Positions 25,779 through 39,628 of a DNA stretch of 64,000 nt are shown piece after piece; within the stretch, counting starts at the first letter, position 1; the number at the start of each line of letters is the position of its first letter. The notes under the pieces were generated by a model, which was not told the origin of the DNA, ran no database searches, and was given only the letters and a program-made list of their open reading frames with translations. This DNA comes from the human T2T-CHM13v2.0 reference genome, Homo sapiens, in assembly GCF_009914755.1 (NCBI RefSeq), contig NC_060930.1; one strand, given 5' to 3'. The position numbers were made by a program, and so were the translations under genes.

Positions 25779-27984
25779 TGTAACACACAGACAGGTGGAA
25801 AATCCCACGATAATTTTTAAATGAAGGAATCCCCAGGAATTCCCATGACCTTTTCACCATCTTTCAAGCTTCTGAATGTGGTCTATTCATTTATTTTGAT
25901 TAATCCAATAAATTAGCTTTGAATCTCTACCTTTCTATAAAAGAAATTTAGTTAGCTCTATTATTGTTTTATTTAAAAGAAAGTATAAAAACCGAAGATA
26001 TATAGAAAAAGGTACCAAATAATAAATAAAGTAAGCTCTATCATTTTAAAGAAATAACTGGATTGCAAAGGAAAATTGCTGTTAATGGAATTGTAACATA
26101 GTCCCCAAACCAAAGATGTAGTAATCCAGACAAGTATATTGTAGACTAGAGATCAGGGCACAGTTTCTATAACACATAAAACTAGGTTTTATTCTCTAAA
26201 TCTGTGTTTAATATATTTTACCAAAATATAAAGTCAAATTGGTCTAATATAAATTTATAGCATTGAAAAGTTATAAAAGGGAGTTGCTATGCATTTAGAA
26301 AGGATCTAAGTTGAGTAAAAATTTGATAAATTTTGCAACTTTAAATTACCTGAGTTTATTAGTAAAACACTTGAAATCTTCTCTGTAATTCTCTCATTTC
26401 TCTAGATCCCTTAAGAGCTGTCAGGTGCATCCTTGGAAGTATCATTGCTTTTGTTTTCATCAGTTCACATATTCATGGCATTTCCCTGCTGCTTGTCAAA
26501 ATAATTAATATCTGGAGTGGAAGAAATAGGTATACTGCATTTTAATAAAAAATTTTATACAAACATGGTTAGAGAAATAGTCTATTAAAAGTGTGAGCTT
26601 TCAGTCTTTGACCTTTTGTTACATTGCAAAAACATTTCTGATCTGCTTAAAGAATTATGGACACAGCTGTCATCTCTGTAGCATTAATGAAGGGTTTATT
26701 TTCAAAAGAATTATCTTGCTAAAGTTTTGAAAAAGTCTGGATATTCATCAATTTAGGATCTGCCTCACAGTCAATAAGAATAAATAAGAAAAAAAAAATC
26801 TGCTCTATGGAACTGTACTGAAAGCTTATGAGAACTTAAAGTGCCTATCACCTTGAATATACAATTTTTGCTCATTTACGAATAAATGTATTTAATTCCA
26901 TCATATATTCTTGCTAGCTACAAGTAGGTTATCAGCCACTTCCCTGGGTGACCTATGGAATCAAAATAACTGTGATATATTAGATCAAGTTCTTTTCACA
27001 ATCCATTATAAAACACAATGATTCACTTTCCCAAAATATGACACCACCCAATATCTTGTATTCTTCCTACTGATGCTGGGAACATTTAGATTTATATCAT
27101 CCTCCATATAACACACCTGAAGTTTTTAGGTCCCATTGCCTCTGCTTTTAGTCTATGGTTAGGAACATTTTGTTCTTTTGTATGAAATCACTCTCTCTCA
27201 AGAGTTACTTAAATCAACACAGAATACACAGTCCCATAAAATGGGCAAGTGAAATATATTAGTCCAGCAAACAAGCATCAAAAGTACTAACACAATGACA
27301 AATTATTGGAAAAGAAGGGAATATGGTCTTCCTCCTGGTGTATTACATTTAAAAAAATAAGTCTTTTAGGAAAAATTGAAAATAATTGAGTCTAAATAAC
27401 AAAAAGGATTGCAAATATCATACAAATTCTTAGCACACTTCATAACACACTTTTCTCCACAGATACCCAATGACATAGGAAACAAAAAGGTGTCTGATGT
27501 TTTTAAAAGGCTCCTAATTTTATATAGTCCATAACTTTAGCTTCTGAATTTCAGATAACCAAAAACAATGTATTTTTTAAAATCTCGATTTCCTGAATCC
27601 TTAAAAATAATGCACATACATACTATTTTTAAAGAAAGAATTATTAAAGTAAAATAATAATAATATATGTAGAAGCATGTAGGAGATATCTGGCACAAAA
27701 CAGACACAGGAAAATCAACATTCTCATTCTTTATCCTTTTCTTAACCAAAAGAATGTAGATACAATTTTGCAATATACAAGCATACAGACTTTTCATAGA
27801 TGCTAAAATCTCTTCAAGCAGCACACCATGGAATTTTATTTTAATTTTACCTATTACTGATCTGTAAAATCCTGAATTGGCATAATAGATGACAATTAAG
27901 TCAAATCAGAAAATAATTTTATATGCTTTCATTAAAGTTTAAAGTAAATTGATGTAGAATTTGATCTAGTTTTTTTTTTTGAAG

Positions 27985-28523
27985 CAGACAGCCATCTGTA
28001 TCTGTGTGGGTTCTACATCCACAGATTCAATCAACTGTGGACTGAAAATATTCAGTTGAAGGCTGAGGCAGGAGGGTCACCTGAGGCCGGGAGTTCAAGA
28101 CCACCCTGAGCAACATAATAAAATCCCATGTCTAAAAAAGAAAACAATTAGTCAAGTGTAGTGGCACATAGTTGTAGTCCCAACTGCTCAGGAGGCTGAG
28201 GTAGGATTCCTTGTGCTCAGGAGTTTGACACAGCAATGAGCTGTGGTAGCACCACTGCACTCCAGCCTAGGCAACAGAATAATGTCTCGTCTCTTAAAAA
28301 TTCACAGAAAATACAATTTAAAAATACAGTATAAAGACTATTTGCCTAACATTTATATTGTATTAGATATTATAAGTAATCTAGAAATGATTTAAAGTAT
28401 ATTGGAGGAGACGCATAGATAATATGCAAATATTATGCCATTTTATACCAGAGACAAGCATCTGTGGATTTTGGTTCCCTAGGGGTTCTGCAACCAATCC
28501 ACTGCAGATTCCAAGGGACAATG
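27985..28523 (+). mobile_element. MER2 (Tigger) MITE interrupted by an Alu
   Basis: GTGGGTTCTACATCCACAGATTCAATCAAC...TAAGTAATCTAGAAATGATTTAAAGTATA...CCAAGGGACAA. Confidence 0.8.
28060..28300 (+). mobile_element. 5'-truncated AluJ (Jo/Jr-like) nested in MER2
   Basis: Diverged Alu with J-type right arm (CAGGAGTTTGA...GCAATGAGCTGTG). Confidence 0.85.
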
Positions 28524-31011
28524 GGATACAATTTCATTTAACTACATAGCCTCCCAAATAATAAACATTTCTCCAGTTGCGTGTTGATGCTTAAAAATGC
28601 TTTGGCAGAAGACAAATCTTACTCCACGATGGTAGACTACACTTAAAATATGTAAATATAATGTTTTAAAACCAGCAGTTTAACTTCAACTCACCACAAA
28701 GTTATAGGGACTGATGTGTGAGCCCCTCTGGAAGTGAGTTTTGATAGGAGTCAGACAAGAACACTGAAGAGAGGTGAAGAAAGAAGGAAGGTGAGGAGAA
28801 GAAAGGGATATAAGTTAAGGGTAAACATTGCCTTCTATTTGCAAAGCCTCCTCTTCTGCCTTTCCATTTTCCTGTCTCTCTTTCCCTTTGTCTTAGCTCT
28901 AAACACTTCTTTCCTCATAAGGGTGACAGCTATGTGCACATTTTAAAGGTCAAGAGGTGCTAAGCTAGACATTTCCTCAAGCATTCTTTTATAGGTGTTC
29001 CAGATAAAAGAGTTGGTGTAAGGCCGGGATTTAAAAGACTGAGAGAAAGAAAACCATGATAATTTCCCTTATGGCTTTTTTTCTAGCCCTGGAATTATAA
29101 AAGTTATAAAAGTGATTCCCTTACCCCCTGGTTTAAAAAAAAAAAAAAGTGACTACTATGGTAACATGTTTACATCCAGTCTTAATGTACAGAAGTCAAG
29201 AAAAGCTGAGTTCATGAATATTTTCCAGAGCTATGATACAAATTTTTCCAATTTAAAGCCAATTTCTTTTTATAATTCATTCACTTCCTGTCTCAGTTAA
29301 AATAAAAACAAAAAAATTAAATATATTCCTGGAATTTACAAGACATGGTCACTATTTTATTCCACTCTGAATTATTTTGCCCTTCTATCCTTCTTGAAAT
29401 TTGCTGAAGGTCAGGCTATGTGAATATTTGCTTCTATTGATTAGAATTGAATAACCAGCATGTGGTAAAGTTGAGTAAAGTTCAGAAGATTGCACAGCAG
29501 ACAACAAGACAGAGATGCCAAGGAATAATGGATTTCCAGAACAGCACAGACCTGTGTAATTTAGCATGAACTTTCTGGTTTTCTATGTACAAGTGTACTA
29601 TTCATTGGCAATTAGGAGAATTTGTATGAACTGTGTGAAGTTTATTAAGTCTCAAGTTTTATATTGAATTTCTGGGTCTGATTGCATAGCAGCTCCAAAG
29701 TTTGCTACTGAGAGATACTTAGATTTTTGTTTGTCGAAAAGTGATCTAGATCCTAATCTCTCTTCTGCTCTTTTTCTTTTTTTCTGCTCTTTTCCCTACT
29801 TCAAACACTACCACCTCGGGAAGAGCTCACTTAAGAAATAATTTTCTGAAGATTAAAACTACTTAAAGAGCATCTTAATATTTAACATTTGTAATGAGAG
29901 CTCTTCCCTTTGGGTCCAAGAAAGATTGTAGCCAAAAATAACTAAATATCAAACGCTAAAAAAAAAAAGAGAGAAAAAGATGTACACATTCAGATTGTTT
30001 TTCTCTTCTAGAAAGGTGAATTCATATACCTTGTTAACTTGTGCTTATGGTATAAAATTATTTATTATGGATCAATATTTACCTTATCAACTATAAGTAG
30101 AAGTTGATTTCTTTAATTGGAGTTCTCTTTGACTGCCTACATTGCATTTGTGTAATGGCATTGGTCTTATTTTAGTTATTCTTTCCTGTATATATTCTCA
30201 AGCTGTTTGGTATAATTAACCCCTTGACTTATAAATTGATAGAGATTTAACCATTTGTGCCTTGTGGATGCCCAAGCTTTAATTACAGTGCATATTTTCT
30301 ATATGTTTTAATTTTGAAAACAAATCAGAATATCCAGAATAATTATTCCTTCTCAAAAAGCACAAAAGTAGGTGGACAGCAGTAACTTAAGAAGAAAACT
30401 AAGTTTACCATAAATGTCTCTCTTTTCTATTACACAGTTGGAAAAAGTATAAGGCAACAGTGCTGAGCCATTCAGAGAAATATTGTGTTTAATGTCTTTG
30501 AGAAGCTTTGAAAAGAGGGAAATATTTTTTCCTTTTATTGATGCTTTGGGAGTTTAGCCCAATAGCACTATAGTTGTGACTTGAATTGCATTGGAAATTG
30601 GATTCTGTACACTAAATTAATCTTTAAAAGTGTTCAAATAGTATTATAATTTATTGACAGTGTGACGGTATAATATACTAAAGAACTAGACAATATTCTC
30701 CAGCAATACATTAAACAAAAACTTGATTATAGTTCAGATTATATTGGTGCTAATTGATCTTTATTTAGATAGCTGAAAATTTTCTATTTCTGTTTCTGAT
30801 AAAGAAAAAGTAGCAGCATCTACTTTCTTAGAATTCCAGGTTTTTTTTTTGTTTTTTTTTGTTTTGTATTGCTTGTACTTAATCTTGCTATTTAAAAAAA
30901 TGAGAAACTAGCTAGAATTTAGGAGCCAGGAAATGTATTTTTGATTTGGTCTACTTTAATGTTTCTGGGCTGATTTGGTTGACCCTGTTGATCAAATAAT
31001 TGGCCTTGTTT

Positions 31012-31540
31012 GCAATCCCATTACTGGGCATATACCCAAAGGATTATAAATCATGCTGCTATAAAGACACATGCACACGTATGTTTATTGCAGCACTATT
31101 CACAATAGCAAAGACTTGGAACCAAGCCAAATGTCCAACAATGATAGACTGGGTTAAGAAAATGTGGCACATATACACCATGGAATACTATGCAGCCATA
31201 AAAAACGATGAGTTCATGTCCTTTGTAGGGACATGGATGAAGCTGGAAACCATCATTCTCAGCAAACTATCACAAGGACAAAAAACCAAACACCGCATGT
31301 TCTCACTCATAGGTGGGAATTGAACAATGAGAACACATGGACACAGGAAGGGGAACATCACACTCTGGGGCCTGTTGTGGGGTGGGGGTAGCGGGGAGGG
31401 ATAGCATTAGGAGATATACCTAATGTTAAATGACGAGTTACTAGGTGCAGCACACCAACATGGCACATGTATACAAATGTAACTAACCTGCACGTTGTGC
31501 ACATGTACCCTAAAACTTAAAGTATAATAATAATAAAAAA
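31012..31540 (+). mobile_element. L1PA3/PA4 3' end (ORF2p C-terminus plus 3' UTR)
   Basis: ORF 31000-31323 reads as the L1 ORF2p C-terminus (...[19 protein letters not shown]...HRMFSLIGGN*); 3' UTR G-tract and A tail. Confidence 0.95.
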
Positions 31541-31759
31541 GAAGTAAACAACACAGAGCTTCAGGCTGATATAGTTACAAATATTTTAAAATGGGAGTCT
31601 GATATGGAAATGATAATTCTTCATTTGCCTTCCCAGACAGGCCTTCTTAAAATAGTTATACCCACTATCACAAAACACCTTATACTTATAAACATTCTTC
31701 CCTTTGCTTGACATGTACTTGGAATAAGTTTTGAAGTATTGGTAATACAAATAATTGAG

Positions 31760-31925
31760 TTCAGTAAAAGAACACTGGGATTAGAAGAGTGTGTGTAGTC
31801 TCACCATTAAATAGCTCAGCACTCTTAGATAAATGACAACGTCTCTCAACCATGATTTCTCTCTCAGCTCTAAAATGAGGCATTAGACTTAATCATCTAT
31901 AGTCTCTGGCAGCTCAAATTCCTGT
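31760..31925 (+). mobile_element. MIR3/MIRc fragment
   Basis: CTCTAAAATGAGGCATTAGACTTAATCATCT...CAGCTCAAATTC. Confidence 0.5.
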
Positions 31926-32853
31926 AACCTGTTCCAATTATACTCTGTTGCCCAATTTATCTTCTGTCAGTGGTCCCATTTAAAAGATTGTTGGCCAGTC
32001 AATATTTGCAATGAAAATAAGAGAGAAATATATTCAATTGTTATAGAAAAAAATCAGAATTCTTACTCTCATTTTATTAATTTATTATATAATCAAGACT
32101 GAGACAGAGAGATAAACAGAAAGAGAAACAGAGAGAAAGAAAGAGGTAGAAAGAAAAGCACTGTAACAGTTAGTACTCCATAGTATTTCTTTTATAAAAT
32201 TATCATCAAGGTTCTAGTATATGAGGAAGTTTAAGAGAAAAACCATATATAAAAAAAATTTGCAACTGGGTAACATTTTATAGGAAAATTTATAAAAATA
32301 TAGACTATGCAAATATAATTAATTTTTATTATAGACGATGGCTTACAGTGCGATTTAGTGTTTTATCTTAATTTTCCTAAAAAAAAGGAAACTAAAATAT
32401 TGACAATCATAACTTCTTTTATTAGGTACAATGTGTTTTTCACGATGTATTCCTGCCAGAGAACCAGCTTTCTAGTAGTATTTGGTTATATGGTTTGGAA
32501 ATTAAAAGAACTCCATTAACCTCCTGGGTCCATGAGCTGATGAGTAGCATTCTTATACCATCATTTCAAAATGATTTCTTATTACTAACACTAGTTGTTC
32601 CATTATAGTTAAAATTAAAGACTATGGAAGCTTGTTTAAAGGAAGCTTAATGTGGACTTTTACACTGAAAGAGTGCTAATTCGCCACAGCAAATATACGA
32701 CTACATACAGCAGTTATTCATCATTTTGACTTTAGAGCAAAATGAGAATTTGTGGCCATGCTATTAAAAGACTTAAAGGGCATCTTTAGTATCTTTTTCC
32801 TCTCCCAGACCTCTAGATACATTAAAATACTAAAGAGACACAGTCATGCAATC

Positions 32854-33164
32854 TCCTATGATTTGAATGTGTCTCCCAAAGTTTATGTACTGGAAACTTA
32901 ATCCCCAATGCAACAGTGTTAAAAGAGACGGTTAAGAGGTGATTAGGGCATGAAGACTCTGCCCTCACCAATGGATTAATGCTATTATCATGAGAGTAGG
33001 TTAGTTATTGTTATAGAAAGATGCAGCAAGAAGACCCTTGCCAGATGTGGGCTTCTCCACCTTAGACTTCCCGGACTCTAAAACTGTAAGAAATAAGACT
33101 CTGTTCTTTATAAATTATGCAATCCCAGGTATTCTGTTATAGCATCACAAAACAGGCTAAGACA
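32854..33164 (+). mobile_element. MST (MSTD-like) MaLR solo LTR, internally deleted
   Basis: CTATGATTTGAATGTGTCTCCCAAAG start; GTATTCTGTTATAGC...CTAAGACA end; near-TSD CAATC/AAATC. Confidence 0.85.
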
Positions 33165-33271
33165 AAATCTTAAGAGTATTTGTTTGTCTGTAGAAAACAA
33201 TTTGGGGCTGAGTTATGAGGTATGAAAAACAATCTATTCATTAAGTTAATCATCAGTATGAAAGGAAATTA

Positions 33272-33700
<429 letters not shown>

Positions 33701-34220
33701 TCAAGAAAATATATTTTTGTTGTTATTTTTCAGAATATCGGTCTTTTAGAGAGTGAAGTCAAAAGACTAATCATCTATTGGATGCCAGACTTTTGCGTGG
33801 TTTTGGTTGATGTTAAAAAATAAATTAGGCTTAAAAACATAAAGCAACTGACCTTTACTGACCATCTAGTGTGAGCCTGGTCCTGTGCTAAATATTCCAA
33901 AATCATCCTATTTCATTTGATTTCATCAAGAGACTGAAGGAAGATTTTGCTCTTTTGATCCACAGGTCAGATCTCTTACACAGTCATGAGAAACTAAAAT
34001 GGCTTTGACTTGTTATACATACTAACAGCAGCAATAATTTAAACGTATTTAGGTTTTTTTTAAGATTTGATTTTTTAAATAACTTTTTATCAACATACAT
34101 AAAACATATGGCCAAGTTGACTGCATCATTAACAGTTGTATCTAACCTGTAGTCACAGAATCAACATATAGGAAATATTAAAGAGTTAACTAGTAAAGCT
34201 ATTGCAGCAGGTAGTGGATG

Positions 34221-34573
34221 TGTATTAGGCTGTTCACACTGCTAATAAAGACTGGGTGATTTATCAAGAAAAAATGGTTTAATGGACTCACAGTTCCACA
34301 TGGCTGGGGAGGCCTCACAATCATGGTGGAAGGCAAATGAGGAGCAAAGTCACATCTTACATGGCATCAGGCAAGATAACTTGTATAGGGGAACTCCCCT
34401 TTGTAAAACCATCAGATCTTGTGAGACTTATTCACTATCACGAAAACAGCATGGGAAAGAACCTACCTCCATGATTCAATTACCTTCCACCAGGTCCCTC
34501 CTACAACACATGGGAATTATGGGAGCCACAATTCAAGATGAGATTTGGGTGGGGACACAGCCAAACCATATCA
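34221..34573 (-). mobile_element. THE1 (B/C-like) MaLR solo LTR
   Basis: TGTATTAG...GATTTGGGTGGGGACACAGCCAAACCATATCA; near-TSD GGATG/GGGTG. Confidence 0.92.
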
Positions 34574-34647
34574 GGGTGTGTGACAAGAAGGGGGATAATG
34601 TAATCAAATATTCCATCCAACACAGGAATAGCTCCCAGTTACTCTGG

Positions 34648-35232
34648 TGTAGTGAAGAGATATTCATTAACAATGTTTTCTTCTTTTCTGTATTCTCAAT
34701 GCTCTGGCATCCGGGCCTTGAAGACTGGGGAGAGACTGCCCCTCTCAGGGCTAGCCAATTCTTAGAAATACCAGATGACTTACCCAGGAGCATGCCTTTG
34801 ATTTGCAAACCAACTAATCCAGACCCCATACCTCAATCATCTATTTTATCTAATTCTCACACACCAAGCCAATGTTCCCTGTTCCATAATCACCCTGGGG
34901 TCAGGTACTATACAACTAGGGGCCACTCATATAGCCCAGAGTCTACCAAAATTATTCAAACTATCCAATCCTAAACCTGTACAGCTGCTTACCCTGCCTC
35001 TCTCACTGCATCCCACAACAATCACAATAAAGGTTCTGATCCATGCATTCCCCCTGCTCCATCTGTCTCCTGATCAACTTTGGTGCTTCTCCATGTGGCC
35101 CTGAATGGCTTGTTGTGCCCCTACTCTTGGAAGCTATAAGTAACAAACTACCTTTTCAATGGAAATTTTCTCCTGATCTGTTGGCCTCACCATATCTGAA
35201 AGAAAAGAAAATTTCGGGTGCATTTTAAAACA
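34648..35232 (+). mobile_element. MER74-like ERVL LTR
   Basis: GGAGAGACTGCCCCTCTCAGGGCTAGCCAATTC...TGCAAACCAACTAATCCAGA; AATAAA at 35026; ends TTTTAAAACA. Confidence 0.7.
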
Positions 35233-35306
35233 GAGTAATTTTTAAATAACAGTCAGTTCTGAAGATGTTCTCTTCTACCCAAAATGTCAAGGAGCATAAG
35301 TTTAGA

Positions 35307-35351
35307 TATAAGTCAGGGTCCTCCAGAGAAACAGAATGAATAGGATGTGGC

Positions 35352-35390
<39 letters not shown>

Positions 35391-35869
35391 GATATATATA
35401 CATATATATATATACACACATATATTTATGGAGAGAGAGATATTGATTATTAGGAATTAGCTCATGAAATTATGGAAGGTGGAAAGTCCACCATCTGCTG
35501 CATGCCACCTGGAGACCCAAGAAAGCCAGTGGTGTGATTCAGTCCCAATCAGAAGGCCTGAGAACAAGGTGAGCCAGTGATTACGTAAATCTCATTCTGA
35601 AAGCAGGAAGAGATGAGATGAGCTATCCCAGCTCAAACAGTGAGGAAGGAAAAAGGTGAATTTCTGTTTACTCCACCTTTTATTCTATTCAGGCCCTCCA
35701 CAGATTGGATGATGCCGACCTACATTGGGGAGGGCAGGCTACCATATTAAATCCACCAATTCAAATGCCAATGTCATCCAGAAACACCCTTACAGACACA
35801 CACAGAAACAATGTTTATCCTGAGCACCCCATAACTCACTCAAGTTGACACATAAAATAACCCATTGCA
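35307..35869 (-). mobile_element. MLT2B/C-like ERVL solo LTR
   Basis: AGTCAGGGTCCTCCAGAGAAACAGAA...CAAGTTGACACATAAAATAACC. Confidence 0.85.
35352..35425. repeat. (TCTA)9 tetranucleotide STR followed by a (TA/CA) tract
   Basis: Read directly. Confidence 0.95.
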
Positions 35870-36714
35870 AGGGGGAAAAATATCTTCCCATTCCACCACT
35901 GCAGCTCTTTGCAACAGAGAACTACTGAAGATAGGCCAAAAGGTCACAGCAAAGTTCCGAAAAGCCATTCCTGGAGTAAATGAGTAATCAGTTGTAGGGA
36001 TCTTTTTCAAAGAATATTGGCAACTTCCCTATATTTTTTTTGTAGTTGCAACTGGTGGTATCTAGAATTATATAAATATACTCAATAAAAACTATGTTCT
36101 AAGGATTTAATGTGTGTAATTTGAGCATTTACAAAAGAAGGCAGAGAATTTGCTGTAATTTTTACAAAAGCCTTGGTGCAGTTAGGCAATAGATAATGCA
36201 GAACTCAGAAGCATATCACTGGAGAATACTTAAGTAAAATCATGAAAGAAAAAGGGGCATTTTCTGAGAATTGAAGAAGGAAACGTCCCCCTAAACCACT
36301 GGCCCACGATTCTAATAGGAAGGGCTTGGAAGAAAACATGAGAACCATATTCAGTATGAACTATATATAGTTCTCCTTCCACAGCATGGGTTTAGACACT
36401 TCATTGCCTTTAGTTTTAATCAGTTTTTCAGGTCTTTTAAAAAATAGCTGCAAAAGCAGTGGACCCAATTGACAACTATGGTCATGATACTATACTAGTA
36501 CTCCATCTAAACACACCAGGTAGGCATTTCATTCATCTATGCTGCCTTAAAAAAATAATTCCAGCTATGTACCAGTAATTTTGTTCAATTCCTTCATTTT
36601 TATCCATTAAACTGCCAGAGATTAAGGAAGAGGAAGAGAAGAAGGCTATCTGGGGAATAGTCAAATTTATTGATTAGATACACTGCATTTACAATTAATT
36701 TGATTTACTGACTT

Positions 36715-36960
36715 GACTAGTTCATGTATTTATTTGTTTATTCACTAGCAAATATAGATGGAGCACTACTTTGTGGTAAGCACTCTGCTAACTTCTAGGT
36801 AGCAATAATGGACAAACTAAGCATGTTCTTTTTAATTTAGGGTCTATTCGGAGAAGCAGACGTTGAAAAAGCAAACTCACAGAAACAATCTAGAATTGTG
36901 GTAATGCTATAAAGAAAAGGAAAAGTCCTATGAAAGGGAAGAGTCAGGAGGCTGTGTAGA
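36715..36960 (-). mobile_element. L2 3' fragment
   Basis: TTATTCACTAGCAAATATAGATGGAGCACTACTTTGTG...GCACTCTGCTA. Confidence 0.6.
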
Positions 36961-37440
36961 CATATTCTGCATCAGAAATTAATCAGTCACATAAATGAGC
37001 TGATGTTACAGAATATTTTTTAAATAATTAAATTTTTGTATTTCATAAGTACGTGTTTTGCTTTTTGAAGATTTTGGTGGTAAAATCCACTCAATTTGAC
37101 AGCTCCTTTTCTCTTTCTGTTCTTTCTTCATACCAAACAAGGGTTTTCTGATTATTTAAAAAATTTTTTTCTCAGAACAGTTTGACTTAAGATTTCCCCA
37201 AGCATTTTATCGGGCAAGAGATGATATAAATTATTCATTTTATAAAATGTCTTACTATTCTACCAATACCCATAGGAATATATGTTTTAGAATTTATTTT
37301 CTAGTCCAATAAAAATTAATCTCTACATGAGCATTACAGGCTATGTCATTCAGGACTTGTTTATATGATATGTTAGTATTTCTGTGGTGTATTGAGCTTA
37401 TATTTCTGTTTAGATAACCAATAATTTAAAAAACAAAGAT

Positions 37441-37617
37441 TTTTATTTTATTTTAATTAATTAGACATGGGGTCTTGTTATATTGCCCAGGCCGAAACAC
37501 AGTGGCTATTCACAGGCATGATCATAGCATACTACAACCTCATACTCTGGCCTCAAGTGATCCTCCCACTTCAGCCTCCCAAGTAGCTGGGACCACAGTT
37601 GCATGCCACCACACCTG
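37441..37617 (-). mobile_element. FAM (fossil Alu monomer)
   Basis: Single monomer carrying the 7SL-derived GGCTATTCACAGGC segment that dimeric Alus lack; possible TSD AACAAAGAT/AACAAGAAT. Confidence 0.85.
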
Positions 37618-37899
37618 AACAAGAATCTTAATAACAATAATAATAATGATAAAGTATCCCATAATTTAATACTTATTTAGAAGATCTATATAATTATATG
37701 CTTTTAACCAGAAGGGAATACACAGTATAATATTTATTAACCCTTTACACTATGGTATGCACTGTGAATCTTCTGATCAAATGCAGTTTGATTAGACAAG
37801 CTTAAAAATCTTTTCATATTACCAATATTTTACCAATAATTCAAGTTTGTGTGTGTGCATGTGCACATATCTTTAACAGGAGAATTATTTATAATCATA

Positions 37900-38420
37900 T
37901 TTAGTATAATGACTAATATACTTAATTTCATTACTTCAATATTAATTCATATATGCTTATTAGCTCTTTTCAGCATTTTTTTCCTCCTCGTGGCAGCACT
38001 GAAATGTAGTATTGTATCCACAGTCAAATGAGAGAGTTGAGGTTCTGATTTTGATGGGAATGCTTCATGCATATTTTCATCTTTGAGTGTGATTTGGCTT
38101 TATCATGTTAAGAAAACATCTTTCCAGTTTAAGAAGCTTTATATCAGGACTTGATGTCAAATTTTATCGCATCTATTTGGAACTGTTAAAATAATTACAT
38201 TTAATTTTTCTTTGATTTAGTGATAAACTGAGCTGCGAGTTTCTAATATTGACCATTTGCCTATGCCTGAAACAAAAGCTTCTTGATCATAACATGGTGT
38301 TCTTTTAGCATGTGGTGAGTTTTCAATTGTATTATTTTATTTGTGCTTTTACATCTATAATCATGAGAGAAATTGGTTGGCTTTTCATGCTTTCTCAGGT
38401 TTGGGTAACAAAAAAGTAGC
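37900..38420 (-). mobile_element. Old L1M(E) ORF2 fragment
   Basis: Antisense L1 motifs (GATTTTGATGGGAATGCTTC; CTTGATCATAACATGG). Confidence 0.55.
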
Positions 38421-38599
38421 ACTTGCGGCATCTTTATATAAATTCCCAGTGTCTGGAGTAGACCGGGCAGGGCTCACAGCTGATAAGCAGGATATAACAG
38501 ACTATATTCAACACCTACCGCTGCTCGCACCCTTGGCCAGGGACTCCTGGGCAGTAAACTTTGATATGTTGTGACCCCAGTATCGAGGTTACATTCACT

Positions 38600-39430
38600 A
38601 CCTTAAGTTTGGCAACTTCTCTTCTTTTTGTGTTTATTCTTTGTCTTTCATGACATTAATAATCTTGAAAAATATGGCCAGCTGCATTACAGAATATCCC
38701 TCAGTGTGTGCTTTCTGATTTTTCTTTTTGATTTGATTTAGATTATGCATTTTAGCTGAAATAGTACAGTGATGCTATGTACACACGTCATTCAGAGGCA
38801 CATGATATTCACTGCTTCTTATTGAGGATGTTAATTTTGATCAGTTGTTGACTGTTTTCTGCACAGCATTAAATGTTTTTTTAAATTTTTTTATTAGTAA
38901 ATAATTTGTGGAAAGATACAGTCATGCTTACCTTAATAACAGAAATATGTTCTGAGTAATATATTGCTTGGCAATTGTGTCATTGTGTGAATATCACAGA
39001 GTGTACTTACACAAACCTAGCCTCTATAGCCTATACACACCTAGGCTACATAGTATAGGCTATTGCTCCTAAACTAGAAACCTGTATAGCACGTTACCAT
39101 ACTGAATACTGCAGGTGACTATAACACAATGGTATTTATGTATCTAAACATCTAAGCACAAAAAAATACAGTAAAAATACAGTATCATAATTTTATGAAA
39201 TCACTGCTGCTTGTGTGGTGGGTCCATTGTTGGTCCAATGGTCCAAAACATTGTTAAGCGTGCATGACTGTATTTTGGGACTATGTAAATACATGTTCCT
39301 CATTAAATTTCCCCACTCTCAGAATCTATTAATTATTCTTTTTGTTGGAAACCTGAATTCATTTTTACCATTATGGTTGTAAAGTGGTGATGCTTAAATT
39401 CCCATCATTCTTTTTTGGTTGTCATTCTGC
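38600..39430 (-). mobile_element. L1MC-type 3' UTR fragment interrupted by Tigger3a
   Basis: TCTTTGTCTTTCATGACATT...GATTATGCATTTT...GATGTTAATTTTGATCA. Confidence 0.6.
38919..39270 (-). mobile_element. Tigger3a (MER7A) MITE
   Basis: TIRs CAGTCATGC...GCATGACTG with TA TSD on both sides. Confidence 0.9.
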
Positions 39431-39469
39431 TATTGTTATTCTCAAGACAAAAAAAAAAAAGACCTTTCA

Positions 39470-39628
39470 TTTGAGCAAGTTCTCAACCTGTCTGTACCTC
39501 AGCTTCCTTATCTCCAGAACGGTTAAGAACTATATCTCTTAGGGTTTATGTGAAATTGAAAGAAGATAATGTATATAAGTATATTAACATAATGGCTAGT
39601 ATAAAGTAGCATGCAATAAACGTTAGTT
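39470..39628 (+). mobile_element. MIR
   Basis: GAGCAAGTTCTCAACCTGTCTGTACCTCAGCTTCCTTATCT...CAATAAACGTTAG. Confidence 0.75.

Noticed and set aside
28690-29060. Possible ancient ERVL-type LTR fragment
   Set aside because: Too decayed to assign a family or boundaries by eye.
31000-31323. 107-aa ORF (and the 119-aa ORF at 59038-59397) with clear protein-like sequence
   Set aside because: C-terminal fragments of L1 ORF2p in truncated elements; non-ATG starts and no promoter; not host genes.
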